A DNA stretch of 64,000 nucleotides from the NCBI GenBank assembly GCA_002633005.1, contig NMRA01000075.1, positions 882,028 to 946,027 of the forward strand. The letters run 5' to 3'. Both the position numbers and the translations under genes were made by a program. The DNA comes from Phoronis australis. Its lineage: Eukaryota; Animalia; Phoronida. This document shows, in pieces, positions 11,201 to 23,000 of this stretch. Below the pieces are notes generated by a model. The model was not told the DNA's origin and made no database searches. It saw only the letters and a list, made by a program, of their open reading frames with translations. Within the stretch, counting starts at the first letter, position 1; every line of letters starts with the position of its first letter.

Positions 11201-13173
11201 GAATAGTACCTATATCATAAATCACATCTTTGTTATTCTTTCACATTTTTGTAAAAATGCGTTTTTCCAATGTTAATTCCTATTGGCTAACGCTCATCTG
11301 ACGTCACTAAGGCTGTACCGTGGGTGAAGGCAATGAGATAAATTAAGCTTATTATGTATATAGCTCACTGGGTGAATGCCTCTCCGCTATAGAACTGTGC
11401 TTAATGTGTATAACTCGTCGGCGATCTCGGCTCTCAAAAGATCATAATACAAGTTTACTGCCGTGTAGTGTTGACTATTAGTGGAACGATGCCGTTCTAG
11501 GCACCAGGCCAGGAAAGGGCCCCGACTGCGTAGCCTGGCCTTGGTGTAAGCTGTACTAATACTAAATATACAGCCGTTGCACCGACGTGGGTAAATACTG
11601 ATAAAATAAAATCTGACACAAAATAAGTGTCATTAAAAATTACACTATTGATAACATAAGTTTTTTCAGATATCATGACGGCGTGACCGGGACGTTATTC
11701 ACTCACATGTGTCGTGAAGAGTCATAGAATAGAGCTCTATTGGTGACAATGACACGGGCATTACATTTAGCTTTCGACAATAAACGGCCCATACACGATC
11801 CGAAAAACCTGGTCCATCGCTATGGAATCCAAAAACCCGCAAGGCTATATGCTGTGAAAGAAAACGAAGAAATGCTCCGTTTAACAATTTGCCCGACACT
11901 GTTTTGGTAGAAAAACAGGAGAAAGTTAGAACAAATGGTGTAGTGGTAATGTACAAAGAAGCACTAGCGAAGAAAAGCCTAGGAAAGACTGTTTTCCAGA
12001 GCTCCAAAATAATGTTTTTAACATGTGCGTCTAAACTGCTCAGTTAGAAGCAACTCCGCAAACAGAGGCATGCGGATTAAGTTAAAGCACTTGTCCATGA
12101 AATGATTGCAAAATACATTTGTTCGGATGTAGGCGCATGGGACTGAAAACGCGCATACATGGTAATAAAACATCAATAACAATAACAGTAATAATGATAC
12201 TTAAAATACTTATAACAATAATAATATGGGAGTCTGTGATAACAAAAACTAACAAAAATAGTACTAAAATGAAGCTGATATTAATAATGACATCAATGAC
12301 AAACTCGACAATGGGATTATTAATTTTCTTATAAACAATATCATTTTTAACAATGAGCGCATGTTCTATACAAGTGATCGCAAATCCCGACCGGTCTTTC
12401 CAAGATTTCTGAGATAACATGGTACTAAGGGGAGCTAGAGCCTCGCGGCAACCTAAGTTACGGCAATAAAGGTATGCTAAGGTGGCATCCAGCTATCAGA
12501 GGATTTATGTGTATTCGTGAAGGAGACGCTATTTTAATACAATTTCTAATGTTGATTTCTTTACTTTCCAAAAGGATGGACTTTCATCTTGTTGAGTCGC
12601 TAAACTGTTGGGTATCCTAACTTCCTAGAAGCAAACCCCGTCAAAATAAAACCAAGTGCCCCGTCAAAATACATTAGGTATTTGTACACCATGGCCTCCT
12701 CACACATTCCTTCATCTTAGAATATGATCTCATATTGGTGTTCCGCTTCGACACTGTATACCTAATGTTTATTTAACATGGGAATAAGTACGCATAAGTC
12801 CAATATTTCACAAAACGACATTGACAGTGCTTTGTGGTCGTGCTTAGATATCAACATAACGACACTGACAGTGCTTTGTGGTAGTGTTTAGATTTCAACA
12901 TGACTCGTCTTTTTAGATGCATGTGTACGACTTTCAGAAAGCTAGAGTATAGTAGCCTCAACCAGCACTAGTCAATTTTTATCTCACCCTTGATTCATAG
13001 TCGCTAGTTGACTTGTACATGACGGAGGTAGCCCCTATTTCATTCAATAAGTCATGACCTAATTTAACGCTATTCATTTGAGACAAGTTGGTAACCAGAT
13101 ATTTAGTCCCTGCTTTACTCACCTTAAACGTTCCCAGAAATATCGTCAAGGTGATCACGACAAATCGCCACAT
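5294..13173 (-). CDS. Type I membrane protein with cytoplasmic ZU5, UPA-like and death domains (UNC5/UNC5CL-like), multi-exon
   Basis: Phase-0 GT-AG exons: 10148-9843 (TM VHVVATVVGACVALVAVGLAAIFVF then HKKRK), 8944-7376 (ZU5: GSFSSSGGVLSL..VELIIPPHAV..GPEIDLGPDGTRFNCPVMLCFEHC..W..LDHFS), 6901-6764 and 6509-~6351 (UPA-like), 6061-5294 (death domain ELCKILDP..LADSIGI..LFVHLKDIEHNQAADVV, stop TAG). Signal-peptide-like first exon 13173-13123 (MWRFVVITLTIFLGTFK|gtgagt). Ectodomain exons 11851-11707 and 10645-10601 are tentative because their phases are not fully reconciled. Confidence 0.85.
9297..9833. mobile_element. MITE with ~30-bp TIRs in a receptor intron
   Basis: atgatgggccgttgggggaaagtgtcgccg at the left end and cggcgacactttcccctcaacggcccaccat at the right end; repeated subterminal gagcgtaatt motifs; TSD unclear. 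Confidence 0.8.
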
Positions 13174-16100
13174 TGTAAATCTTGTTTCAAACTGCTTGTT
13201 GTCCTTAAAATTTCAGTTTAGGATTTCTTGATATACTGGCCTTCGTCCTGGCCATATTGACAAATGGTCGAGGTTGTGTCATCCATATCTCCTTTGATTC
13301 AGGTGTGCCTTTTACCTTAAAATGTCAATCGAAAATCTTGCGACGTCGTCAAATTATAGTAAATCCAGGAAAATGATCAAAACTGTCGATTTTTAGACCG
13401 AAGCAATTGTTTGGTAACACTTGAAAACGAGTTCAACAGATCAACGATAAACAGGTAGCTGCTCACCTGTACGAGTGTCTATTGTTATCAGCCTCGTTAT
13501 CAGGACACGTTTCTATAAATAGATATGACATCAAGTATAGCGTCACATTTCTCTGGACGGGAATTTCTCTTGTGAGTCCGAGGTTGGAACAACAGGACGT
13601 TGTATTAATTTTGATTTCAGATCGCATTATTCTGGTACATTTTAGCTCAGTAATAATACGACCGTGTACGTTTGTCCAATAGGCAAGTATAACAAATTTG
13701 TTGGTGTAGATATTTACTACCTCAATTTCGTCCTTGGCCTAGTGCACGCGTATTATCTAGGATTCAAAATTAGGCCCCGAGCATCAATTTAGTATTTACG
13801 ATAAAATCTGCAGTCGCCATACATTATTTTACTGCATCGACCGAATCGCTGGTAAGCTGTATACGCTGGGCTGCGCGAGCGGTGGCAGACAACAAAAGTG
13901 TACTCGCCTGCCCATGCCGGTGTCTGAGCAGTACACACAATGTTGTGGCATACTTCCACTGATTAATGTGGTCAGAAATATATTATGACCAGCGGAAAAT
14001 TGCGTCTACATTTACATCAGTTGTAAGTCCATCTGTCAAAAGAAATACATTTAAGCAATTGAGTTTGTGCAGTTCAAATGTTAGTGTATTTTGGTATATA
14101 AAACCTAGGCCTATGCAAATGTAAATACTGGTGAGGTAGCACGTGTGAAATCTTACAATAGTTTATGATCGACATGTGTCCCCTGCAGTCGTCGTTATCT
14201 CACATGCATCTGGCCGGGGCCCGAGGTTGGGTCATTAAAACAGTCGTCGTGACAATAATAACAATAACAGTAACAATAAAAATGATAATGATAATAATAA
14301 TTGTTCTATTATTGTAGTTTTATAGGTGAATCATCCTACTTGTAAAGAAGTAATTAAATGTAAAAAATTACATCAAGGTGAGCGATCCTGCCTCTTTTAA
14401 AGGTTATACAGTACCTTATTGAAAAGAGTGCGTATTCATTCAAATATAGACGAAACTAGAGATTTTAACTTGGCAAAAGTTGCTATTTTCTGAAAGACAA
14501 AAGCATGTAAAAGTAGATTTTTTTTTACTTTCTCGGTACCAGGAATATGGAAGTAGCGGTTAGAGACCTTGGTACACAAAGACCAGGCAACACGGTAAAC
14601 ATAGTTTATCCAACATGCATAGGAATACTACTTACGTATCCTATCGGGAATTCATTTCATCTGGAATGTTTCAACGAGACCTATTTGCATCACCGTGGCA
14701 ATACCTTGTTGCCGTGTTCTCCGGCTTGTTGTTATATGACGTCATATATAAGCCAAATACGGTTCCCAAGAGGGTTATAATAAGCGACAAGACAATCTAC
14801 ATGTAGCTGTCAAAGTGTTGAATAACCAGTAAAGTTTTATTTCATAATAAATTTATCAGAATTTTCTGTTTGTGAAAGCACTGAACCGTACAATAATATC
14901 AAAAGTCGTCGGAAACAATCCATCCGGGAATGTAAAAATTGAATCATTCCCTGAACGGAGTTGTGAAGCAGTGTGTCGTTTTAGCTTCGATGAATTTCTG
15001 AATTTTCTTGGTCTACTTTCGTGTCTTAGCTTCTGGACTGTAAATAGCTGTGGAAACATTTCCCGTGCTGATCAACGCATTGGAAAATAACGGTGGAAAC
15101 TGGGCTTATTTGCAGAACTTGAGGTAAGGACTGTATCACAAAAAGGAGATTTTACGCTACGATTCAACTAGCAGCGACGGAGATTTGAAGGCTGCGAGAA
15201 GACGATCGTCTGAGTAAAAAACGCATACTCGATATTAGGTCGCAAATTCCTGTGAAGACCTTAGGTCTCAGTGTTCATATACTGTATGCATCCATAACGA
15301 AACGTTTTCGTTTTTATTTGAATTAGATTTTTGGCTGATTTTTGGCCGGGGACGATACTTAGCTTGACCTATTTATGATGACCAAGATGGAAACTTCAGC
15401 GAGGCCCAAAAATAGCCGCCTGATCACTGTGCGTCGGAATTTTCATTCGTAAATCTTGTCTGGTTTTAGAGAAGTAAAACTGCTTTTTCAGGAACGACGC
15501 CTTGGAATAACGATTTAGGTAACCCAAATGAACGAGCTCAATCAAGTTTGGCGTTGCACTCGGGAATTAACTCCACCAGGAGACTGCTCACCAACCGTGA
15601 AATACGACTTCTACAGTTGTATACGGCTCTACTTTCCCGTATTTCACAGTTAATAACGTGACGTATACAACAGCCATATTTCTACATATCTGGGATAACG
15701 TGGCCATATCTATTAAAATTTGGCAAAAAGAAAGGTATATATTGACAGCAAAATAATGGTATCAATAGAGTGAAATTTTTATTTGATATAAGATGCTGTT
15801 GCAGTTTGTTAAAATATTATTTCGTTTTCGTTTTCTGCAACTTGGAGTTTTTTCCTGAAAGTCACAAAAGTCTTATCTGTTGTTAGCCCACATGCAAAAG
15901 TAAGACATTTGATAAACAACGTGTAATGTTGTTTTGGATACCGTAAATCATGATATTTGAAAGTTCCATCCCATCAGCCGTTGTTAAAATATGATGCTTC
16001 AAATTTGTACAAGGCAACTTCCTACATAACCCTCCAATTTACTGGTCTCGCAATCAACATTATGAAATTGTCTGATTAACTTTTGTGAATTGATCTCGTA

Positions 16101-17052
16101 ATGAACATGTTTAAACTGCTCTCGTATTCATGACACTGTGCCATTTTTGTGGTCACGTAGCTATGCGTTTTTGGGAAAATGTCATTTTGTGGAATGATAC
16201 CTTTCACCAACCTTCATCAATGTTTTTACTTAATTTTTATCACAATGCCCAAAAACTGTGTCTGAGATTTTCCATAACTATTGCCCATGGTTTTTAATCG
16301 CAAAAATACGTTCAGCGTTTACCACTGCTCTAAGCATAGCTCAACTCTTAATAATAAATTAAACATAAAAACGCCAATTCTGATAAAAAACTCCGTTTTC
16401 AAATCCAGGAGTTGTGCTGCCAGAGAAACTTAGAAAGTCAAACCCGATTAAAAACGACGTTTGAAGTCGTTTTTGAGTCAATAATCAAACACTCGTCGTT
16501 TCGTTCTCCATTTATGTTCCACACTACATTTTACGGTCGTGAAATTCGATGTAGTATATTTAAGTTTCCTTTTTATTTTAATTTTCAAGTTAGCACTTAA
16601 GTCATAAGCGAAACTAGTAATTAGCCTACTTTAACACCCTTCTAGCGCGTTGCCAAAGCCGATCATTTGATCGAAAGCAGGTGGAGTAATATGTATGTTT
16701 GCAAGTCACATTCGAGTGAGTCACAGACAACGCCGTGTTTATCACGGTAAATTGCACGAAACTACACAGACATATTCAGCGAGAGTCACTTGCCATGAAA
16801 TGTCAGAGCTTGAGGGATTTCTAATGCAGACCATCCATCGGTATGCGAACTTCCATTGCAGGCCTTGCCAGGGCTGCTTCGGGACTAAGTACGGCTTCAT
16901 CTGAAGCAGAAATGAGTGTCTCATGCTGTCAATTTACACGCGACCTTCATTTTGAATTCTGACTCAGTATATTTATTCCCAAAATAACCTTCACGCTGCG
17001 GTGGCCATCGCCCGTTTCTGTTTGATTATCTCGGGAAGAAGGGGCGACTTGA

Positions 17053-18140
17053 TTGAAGAGTACCACATTCCTGGATTCAAGCACTTTGGAGTCAATGTTA
17101 CTGCAAACGAATTACGTCTACTCTCAGTTTAAGACAGTTGAGGCGCAGCTTAGGCGAAGCAACAAACAAGATATTGGTGCTGTTCGTGACGTCGTCGAAC
17201 GAGAGCTGGCAGGAACAGTAGAAAACCTTGGTTATCGCGCCATGCACAGCAAAGTTACCAATGTCCATAGGATAGTATCCGACAGGGAAACTGAAGTGCG
17301 CCAAGTGCTTCATTTCCTGAAGCCTGACGGAGTGCAATTTCGGAGGCAGAGAAGGTTGGTTAGGCGGGCCTATCACACCCGTGGCTCGAAGCATTTGTGT
17401 ACATGGACAGTTGGGACAAGTTTAAGCCATTTGGCTTGTGCGTACACGGTTGTATTGTTTAGGTTGTTTAGGCATATGGTTGGAAGTGGCTTCAACACAC
17501 AATGACCCGAATACTATATGGAAGTATTTTTAAGATGCACGGTGAACTAAAAGGTCTCCCTGAAGTTGTAAGAGCGGGCTGTGATACATAAAATATTAAC
17601 GTTGAACTCATGCAGACCTTCCTTCCCGGCGTTCATGACAATAACCCAAGCAAGACTGGGTGCAACTTTTATGTATGGGCATTCGACTGAAAATGAGAGA
17701 ATTGAATGTTGGTGGAGCAGCGTTGGGGCGATGGGAATGACTTCATTTATTGACAACTTTAAGACTCTTGAACAACACGGCATACACGTAGATGCGTTCA
17801 ATCAAACTGACCTGCAATGTATCAGGTATTGTTATATACGCCTATTGCGACGAGAAATAGACACTGTCTGACAACTGTGAATGCACATACTATTAGAAAC
17901 CAGAATACACCGCATGGTAAACCTGATTTCACCTGTCGCGTGTTCCAATGTTTGGCGGAGTGTTTACGTGGCGTCGTCAGAAATGAACTCGATGTCCCAA
18001 ATGACCATCTTGCACGCCAAGTACCTGACTGCGATGAAGAATTACAAGAACTATTTGGCTTTTTGCGCGATGAAAATGGCATCGACATACCAAGCACCTT
18101 GAACGAGGCCATTGGCTTTTTCGTATGGTTTCTGCACTAG
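17053..18140 (+). pseudogene. Degenerate eukaryotic IS3-like (IS3EU / integrase-core) transposase
   Basis: Frameshifted motifs LGYRAMH..., RRLVRRAYHTRG..H, MDSWDKFKPFGLCVHGCI, IWLEVASTHNDP, FMYGHSTENERIECWW, NAHTIR..P.GKP are the typical RRxY..GPN..WHxD..DKL..G..IHG / GxSxxNxRIExxW signature. Multiple stops and frameshifts. Confidence 0.8.
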
Positions 18141-19284
18141 GTTCATGATAACCGATAACTTAACTTAGGTCGCCAGCCATCCGTTTTACTAGCATTTATC
18201 AACGAATCAAAGAAGTTATTTTATCGTTTTTGTTTTGACACTCGATGGTCATGTTTTGTATAGGTTTACGATAAGTTTTGGTAGTGTGATCAAACCGCCA
18301 AGGGCAACTAGCATTTTTATTTCTCTTTTCAAATGACGTTATTACTTCACATCCTTCTTTTTCTCAAACAGATAATAAACTATTTGAAAACATAACAACA
18401 AAATCAGATCATTGGTGAATGCATGTCAGGTAATTTTATTGATTACTGGTAAAAATAGCCATTGTTCCACAATGCCCAACATATTGGTATTAAGAGCGTA
18501 ACAAGTGCTACCGACTGGTTTTTATTGATTGATGCTCCTGCGCTAGTTTACAGTGCCACCTGTGTCCGGTTTGTTTTCAAGCTTTTTAACTACATTTGTC
18601 GATTTTTGTTTCAGTGGTTTTACGTGTCACTTACAATTGAATTTCAGTGTTGGTAAAATGCAGTTCGTCTACCAATATTGTCTGTTTTCAAGTCCGTACC
18701 GGTACTAATAAACCGTTGTTTCCACAACGAATACTCGAAGTAGTTTGGAGAGAAACAGGTTGCAAACTAAATTGAATGCATGGTTAAGGGCGTTGAGAGG
18801 GGGTGGACAGGAGGGCCCACACATAGGGGTCAGTGACAGTTCAGCAGGTTCGTCGGTGAAGGAAAATAAAACAAAAAACGTCACAACAAAAAATATCAGT
18901 TGCAGAGGTTTGGGCCCGTTGGCCTCAATCGCACATGAATGGTAACTCAGAAACCCAGGAGGACCCCCCCTCGAAAATGTTGACGTGAACATTTTTAAAA
19001 AATGCTACGTGTATCTATATAACTGCTGACAGCAGTAAAAGAAGAGACGATGTAGATTACGTAATTGTGTATATTGTATAGTACGGGCTGCAGGCATTTT
19101 GCACAAAAAATGAATGTTCTAAAGGTAAACTAAGTTTTCAGCGGCAATCTTGCCCTAAAAATAGCCGATTGCTACTCGGGCAAAACTGTAGTATTAAAGC
19201 TGGTAGGTCCTATTTGTACAGTACTCCACGAATAACCTTACGCAAATGCACCTCTGTAAAGAATGGATAATTGTGAACATAATC

Positions 19285-19727
19285 TGTTACGTCGCCGGCG
19301 TCAGTGTTCAGCGATTGTTGCCGGGACATTTATATGCAAATGAACTTCTGAGTTGGCCGGGCGCAATCAAATGTTCGACCTGGGTGCGGCAGTCGAGAGC
19401 CAGCCGTGACACAGTGTAGACGTGTTAGAAGCCGTTCTCAGAAAGTGGAACGTTTGTTTCTACAGTAGACTTGGGACATTCAGCGGACAAAGATGATGGG
19501 GTCGGAGGCTGACCACAAAAGACTGTTGCACGGACTGTGTGAAATAAGATGGACTCTTGACTCAGTAATATTAGTTTGGGGTGCCATGTGGAGAGTGGTC
19601 TACCCAGTGACGAAACTTATTAGTTGTGTGTAAATGTTCGTTGTTGAATGTTGGAGCTTCATTAAATATTATTTCTTTTAAACTTAATGTTTCTATTAAA
19701 TTGTCTCATTAAAGTCACGTCGTGACA
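19285..19727 (+). mobile_element. Possible solo LTR
   Basis: TGTTACG...CGTGACA termini, ATTAAA shortly before the 3' end and 443 bp length; no clean TSD. Confidence 0.4.
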
Positions 19728-20082
19728 ACCTTTTCAACCGTACTCCTTAGAAACTCATATTTCTGAGCCACTACATTGTCATGGGCATATCACTTTAGCA
19801 AAAAATTCAAATGACAGCTGCACTGGAAAAATATATTTTACGTAAGAAGGAAGTTGACCCAGCTTTCAACGTTTGTAAAAGCAGATGGGAATCTATCTGG
19901 CGTGAAACAGGGTATAACGATCATGGATTCGCATGGGCGGCGCACAATAGATGGCTGGGGGGATGCAGTCTTCCCCCCCCCCACTTTTTCAGTGCTGCGC
20001 CGTCCATGAACCAAGACAAATAAGTGACAATATTAATAAAAAACAACGAGATTGTTCAACTTCAGAATGTTTCGATGCCTCN

Positions 20083-23000
20083 TACAAAAATAACTTGTAG
20101 GCTGCTACAACGGGTATCCAGATGGCTGAGAGTCCTGCCAGGGACCAGCCTACGCCCACGGCCCAGTCGGGATAGACGTAGACACCACGTGCGCTGGTCT
20201 CGTATGTCAACTCAGAGTATTCAATGGCGCTTAAAATGAACACGGCCTGTAAAGAACAATTCGAATGATAAAAACTGTATGTCAGACAACAACTGATCAT
20301 CTATGTCTCACAAGACGCCAGGCTGAAGTCGAAGAGACATCCAACGAAACCATGTGAAAATAAGCAAATTGCGTTAGAACAAGTTTATTACTTGAAAAAC
20401 AATTCAGTAAACAGATAAACATAATCATGTTTACCCGGTTTTTGTATTCTTTAATACGTTTATGATACTCAGAGGATTAGCAAAACTCGAAGAAAGGAGC
20501 TTTTTGTTTCAAAAACATTTAATTCAAAACTATTTCTACGTTTTATCACCATTGCGGCCCCAGCAATCATGAACTAAACATTGCTACCAACACTTAGCTA
20601 CAGTGTATACTGAATGGCGATCACTTACAATGCAAAATATAGGTGACGTCAGAGCCCAAGAAAACTTCATGAACGGATCGATGCGGAAACCGTACATCAT
20701 CTCAAGGTTGTCATAGAAACGGTTAACTCCGTACAGCCAAGCAATGGCGACACATTCAAAGAAGGCAACTAAGAGAAGAATTCTACTGCCGGAGTAGTAG
20801 TCAAAAAGTTGGAAGATGAACATTCCACCCTGGAAGAGTAAGTAAGTACATCGTTAGTGTTACATGTACGATTAGTAGAAGTGACGACTGGCCATTATTA
20901 CGTGTACCAATGGTATAAGACGTGTCGGATCACGTGCAAATCTGTTACAGTTACGTGTGCTAATGGTTTATGTTATGTTTGAACTACACGTAAGCTCAAC
21001 CCAGTGGCTCAGCAAGTGTCAGCCTCACTTTGGAATAGATCATGTGCTGGATGCGAAAATACTGGATGTGATGGTTTGGCGAGGCATCGTTTTTACAGAC
21101 GAAGTTTTGTTAGATGATATAATTGTTTTGTAACTACTACATTTAAACTGGGCTATAAAACAATAAAAACCGTAATGTATTTGTGGGCTCAGTTGTAAGT
21201 GTCGTCATTGTATGCCTGACATACTGTACGCTGAAATAAAGGCCGGTGATTTTACATTTACCTGTTAAATACCCTTGAGGTTACGTATAGGTCCCAACAA
21301 AAATGATCATTAATTTTGAACATCATATATCATAACTGATCGCCTTTATTCACACGAAACTTTGAGGTACACTGCATTATGGGAAGTTACAAGGAATTGT
21401 TTTTAAAGTGTTCCACTTTTGCTCGAGGTCCTATCAATTTAGAACATTTAAGATTGTCTAAAAAAATGATGGGGTTATTTAGAAAACTGTAACAGATGTT
21501 TTAAGATTGAATTTTGAACATTTTTATGTCACAGGAAATTTGACTATGCTAGTACACATGATCACGTGACCCCAGTAATGGCAAAGTTTTACAGGCGTTT
21601 TTCTTTCAGAAAATATAATTATGTTTTACTCAGATACTTAATCTTGAATTCTTGCAATTTCTTGCTCAAGCTAGAGTTGCTTTTCATAAAGCAGACACGG
21701 CAACCTTTAACAGCGAATGCAAAGGTTTCCGCGTTGGGCTGCTTTCAGGAAATCACTTCACTCCCCGATAATTTCACTTTAAGATCTCCTAAAAAGACAT
21801 ATAAAGATACGCTAGATCATAGAACGTCTGCACAGGACCGTCGCAATCAAAGATCTAACCCAGGGGGTAGAAAAACTGGGAAAAGCCACAATTCAAACAC
21901 GAAGTAATTTGAAGAACACTTATGGAATACATTGTATACAACGTTTTGTAATGCACATCTATATACATGTAGAAGCTTACTATCTATCGGATTCCTGTAC
22001 AATACAACTAATACAAAATGCATAAGTGTTATACTCCGTAAAATGCAAGGTACGTTGTTATATTTTGTAAATACATGATACAGCTTTGGTATTCCATGAT
22101 GCAAGATGCAAGTTGACAACACTTACGTGAGTGACCATACTTAGCCCGACTATGTACATAACTACGCATGTGCAAGCAATGAATATCGGCTTCCTCCATT
22201 TGCCTTGCACGGCTGGCACCATGTCAGACACGGCAGTGACGAAGCCTTCCACGCTAACAAACTGGAACGGAGTAAAACCGACATAATTGTTACAAATCCA
22301 GAAAAACAACCCAAGCCTTTGACAAATTTTTATGAACATTTCCCAAAAATTCAGCTCCATTACCACATACATGTATCTGGTAGCCGATCGAGGAGCTCGA
22401 TAGGTATCAACAGGAAACCGTCAAAACTGTTACTTGATTTGGAAATTTTAATATGATTACATGAACTGGAAACTATTTGACAAACCTAACCTTTTGATGT
22501 TTTGATGTTGTGTTCCTAAAAACATGAACGCGTATATTACGAAACTTACAGTTGTGTTACCCCCAACAGTGTGGTATAAACATATGAAACGGGATTCAAG
22601 ATGAGCTAGGAGAGTGCTGTGAATCGTTTTGTAGTTTTGTTTTACGCCTTGTAACTTTGCGTGCGTCAAAGAGTAATAATTTTTGTGAATTCAATCGATT
22701 TATTCTCTTCTTGGACATTTCCAGTCATGAAATATTCACAGCATCAATCAAAATCATTGTGCATCCTCTCTCAAAAAAGTTCATTATCGAGGTCTTGTCG
22801 TCCCTCGGAGTGTAAACAAACCCGCCTCTCGCAAAAAGAAATTTTATTGGCTTGAATGTTAAAATAAGATGATAACTGATGGTTAATTAGAAGGTTTCTC
22901 AATTAACAACCCCAGAAATAACCATGGGTTTAATTTCATCGCTTCAGTTTGAGGCATTATTTTAGCAGACGTGAAATTTGCACTAAAAATTTTGATTAAA

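Noticed and set aside
14397-16600. Possible TTAA-flanked non-autonomous transposon starting ttaaaggttatacag
   Set aside because: No matching inverted terminus was found in the window.
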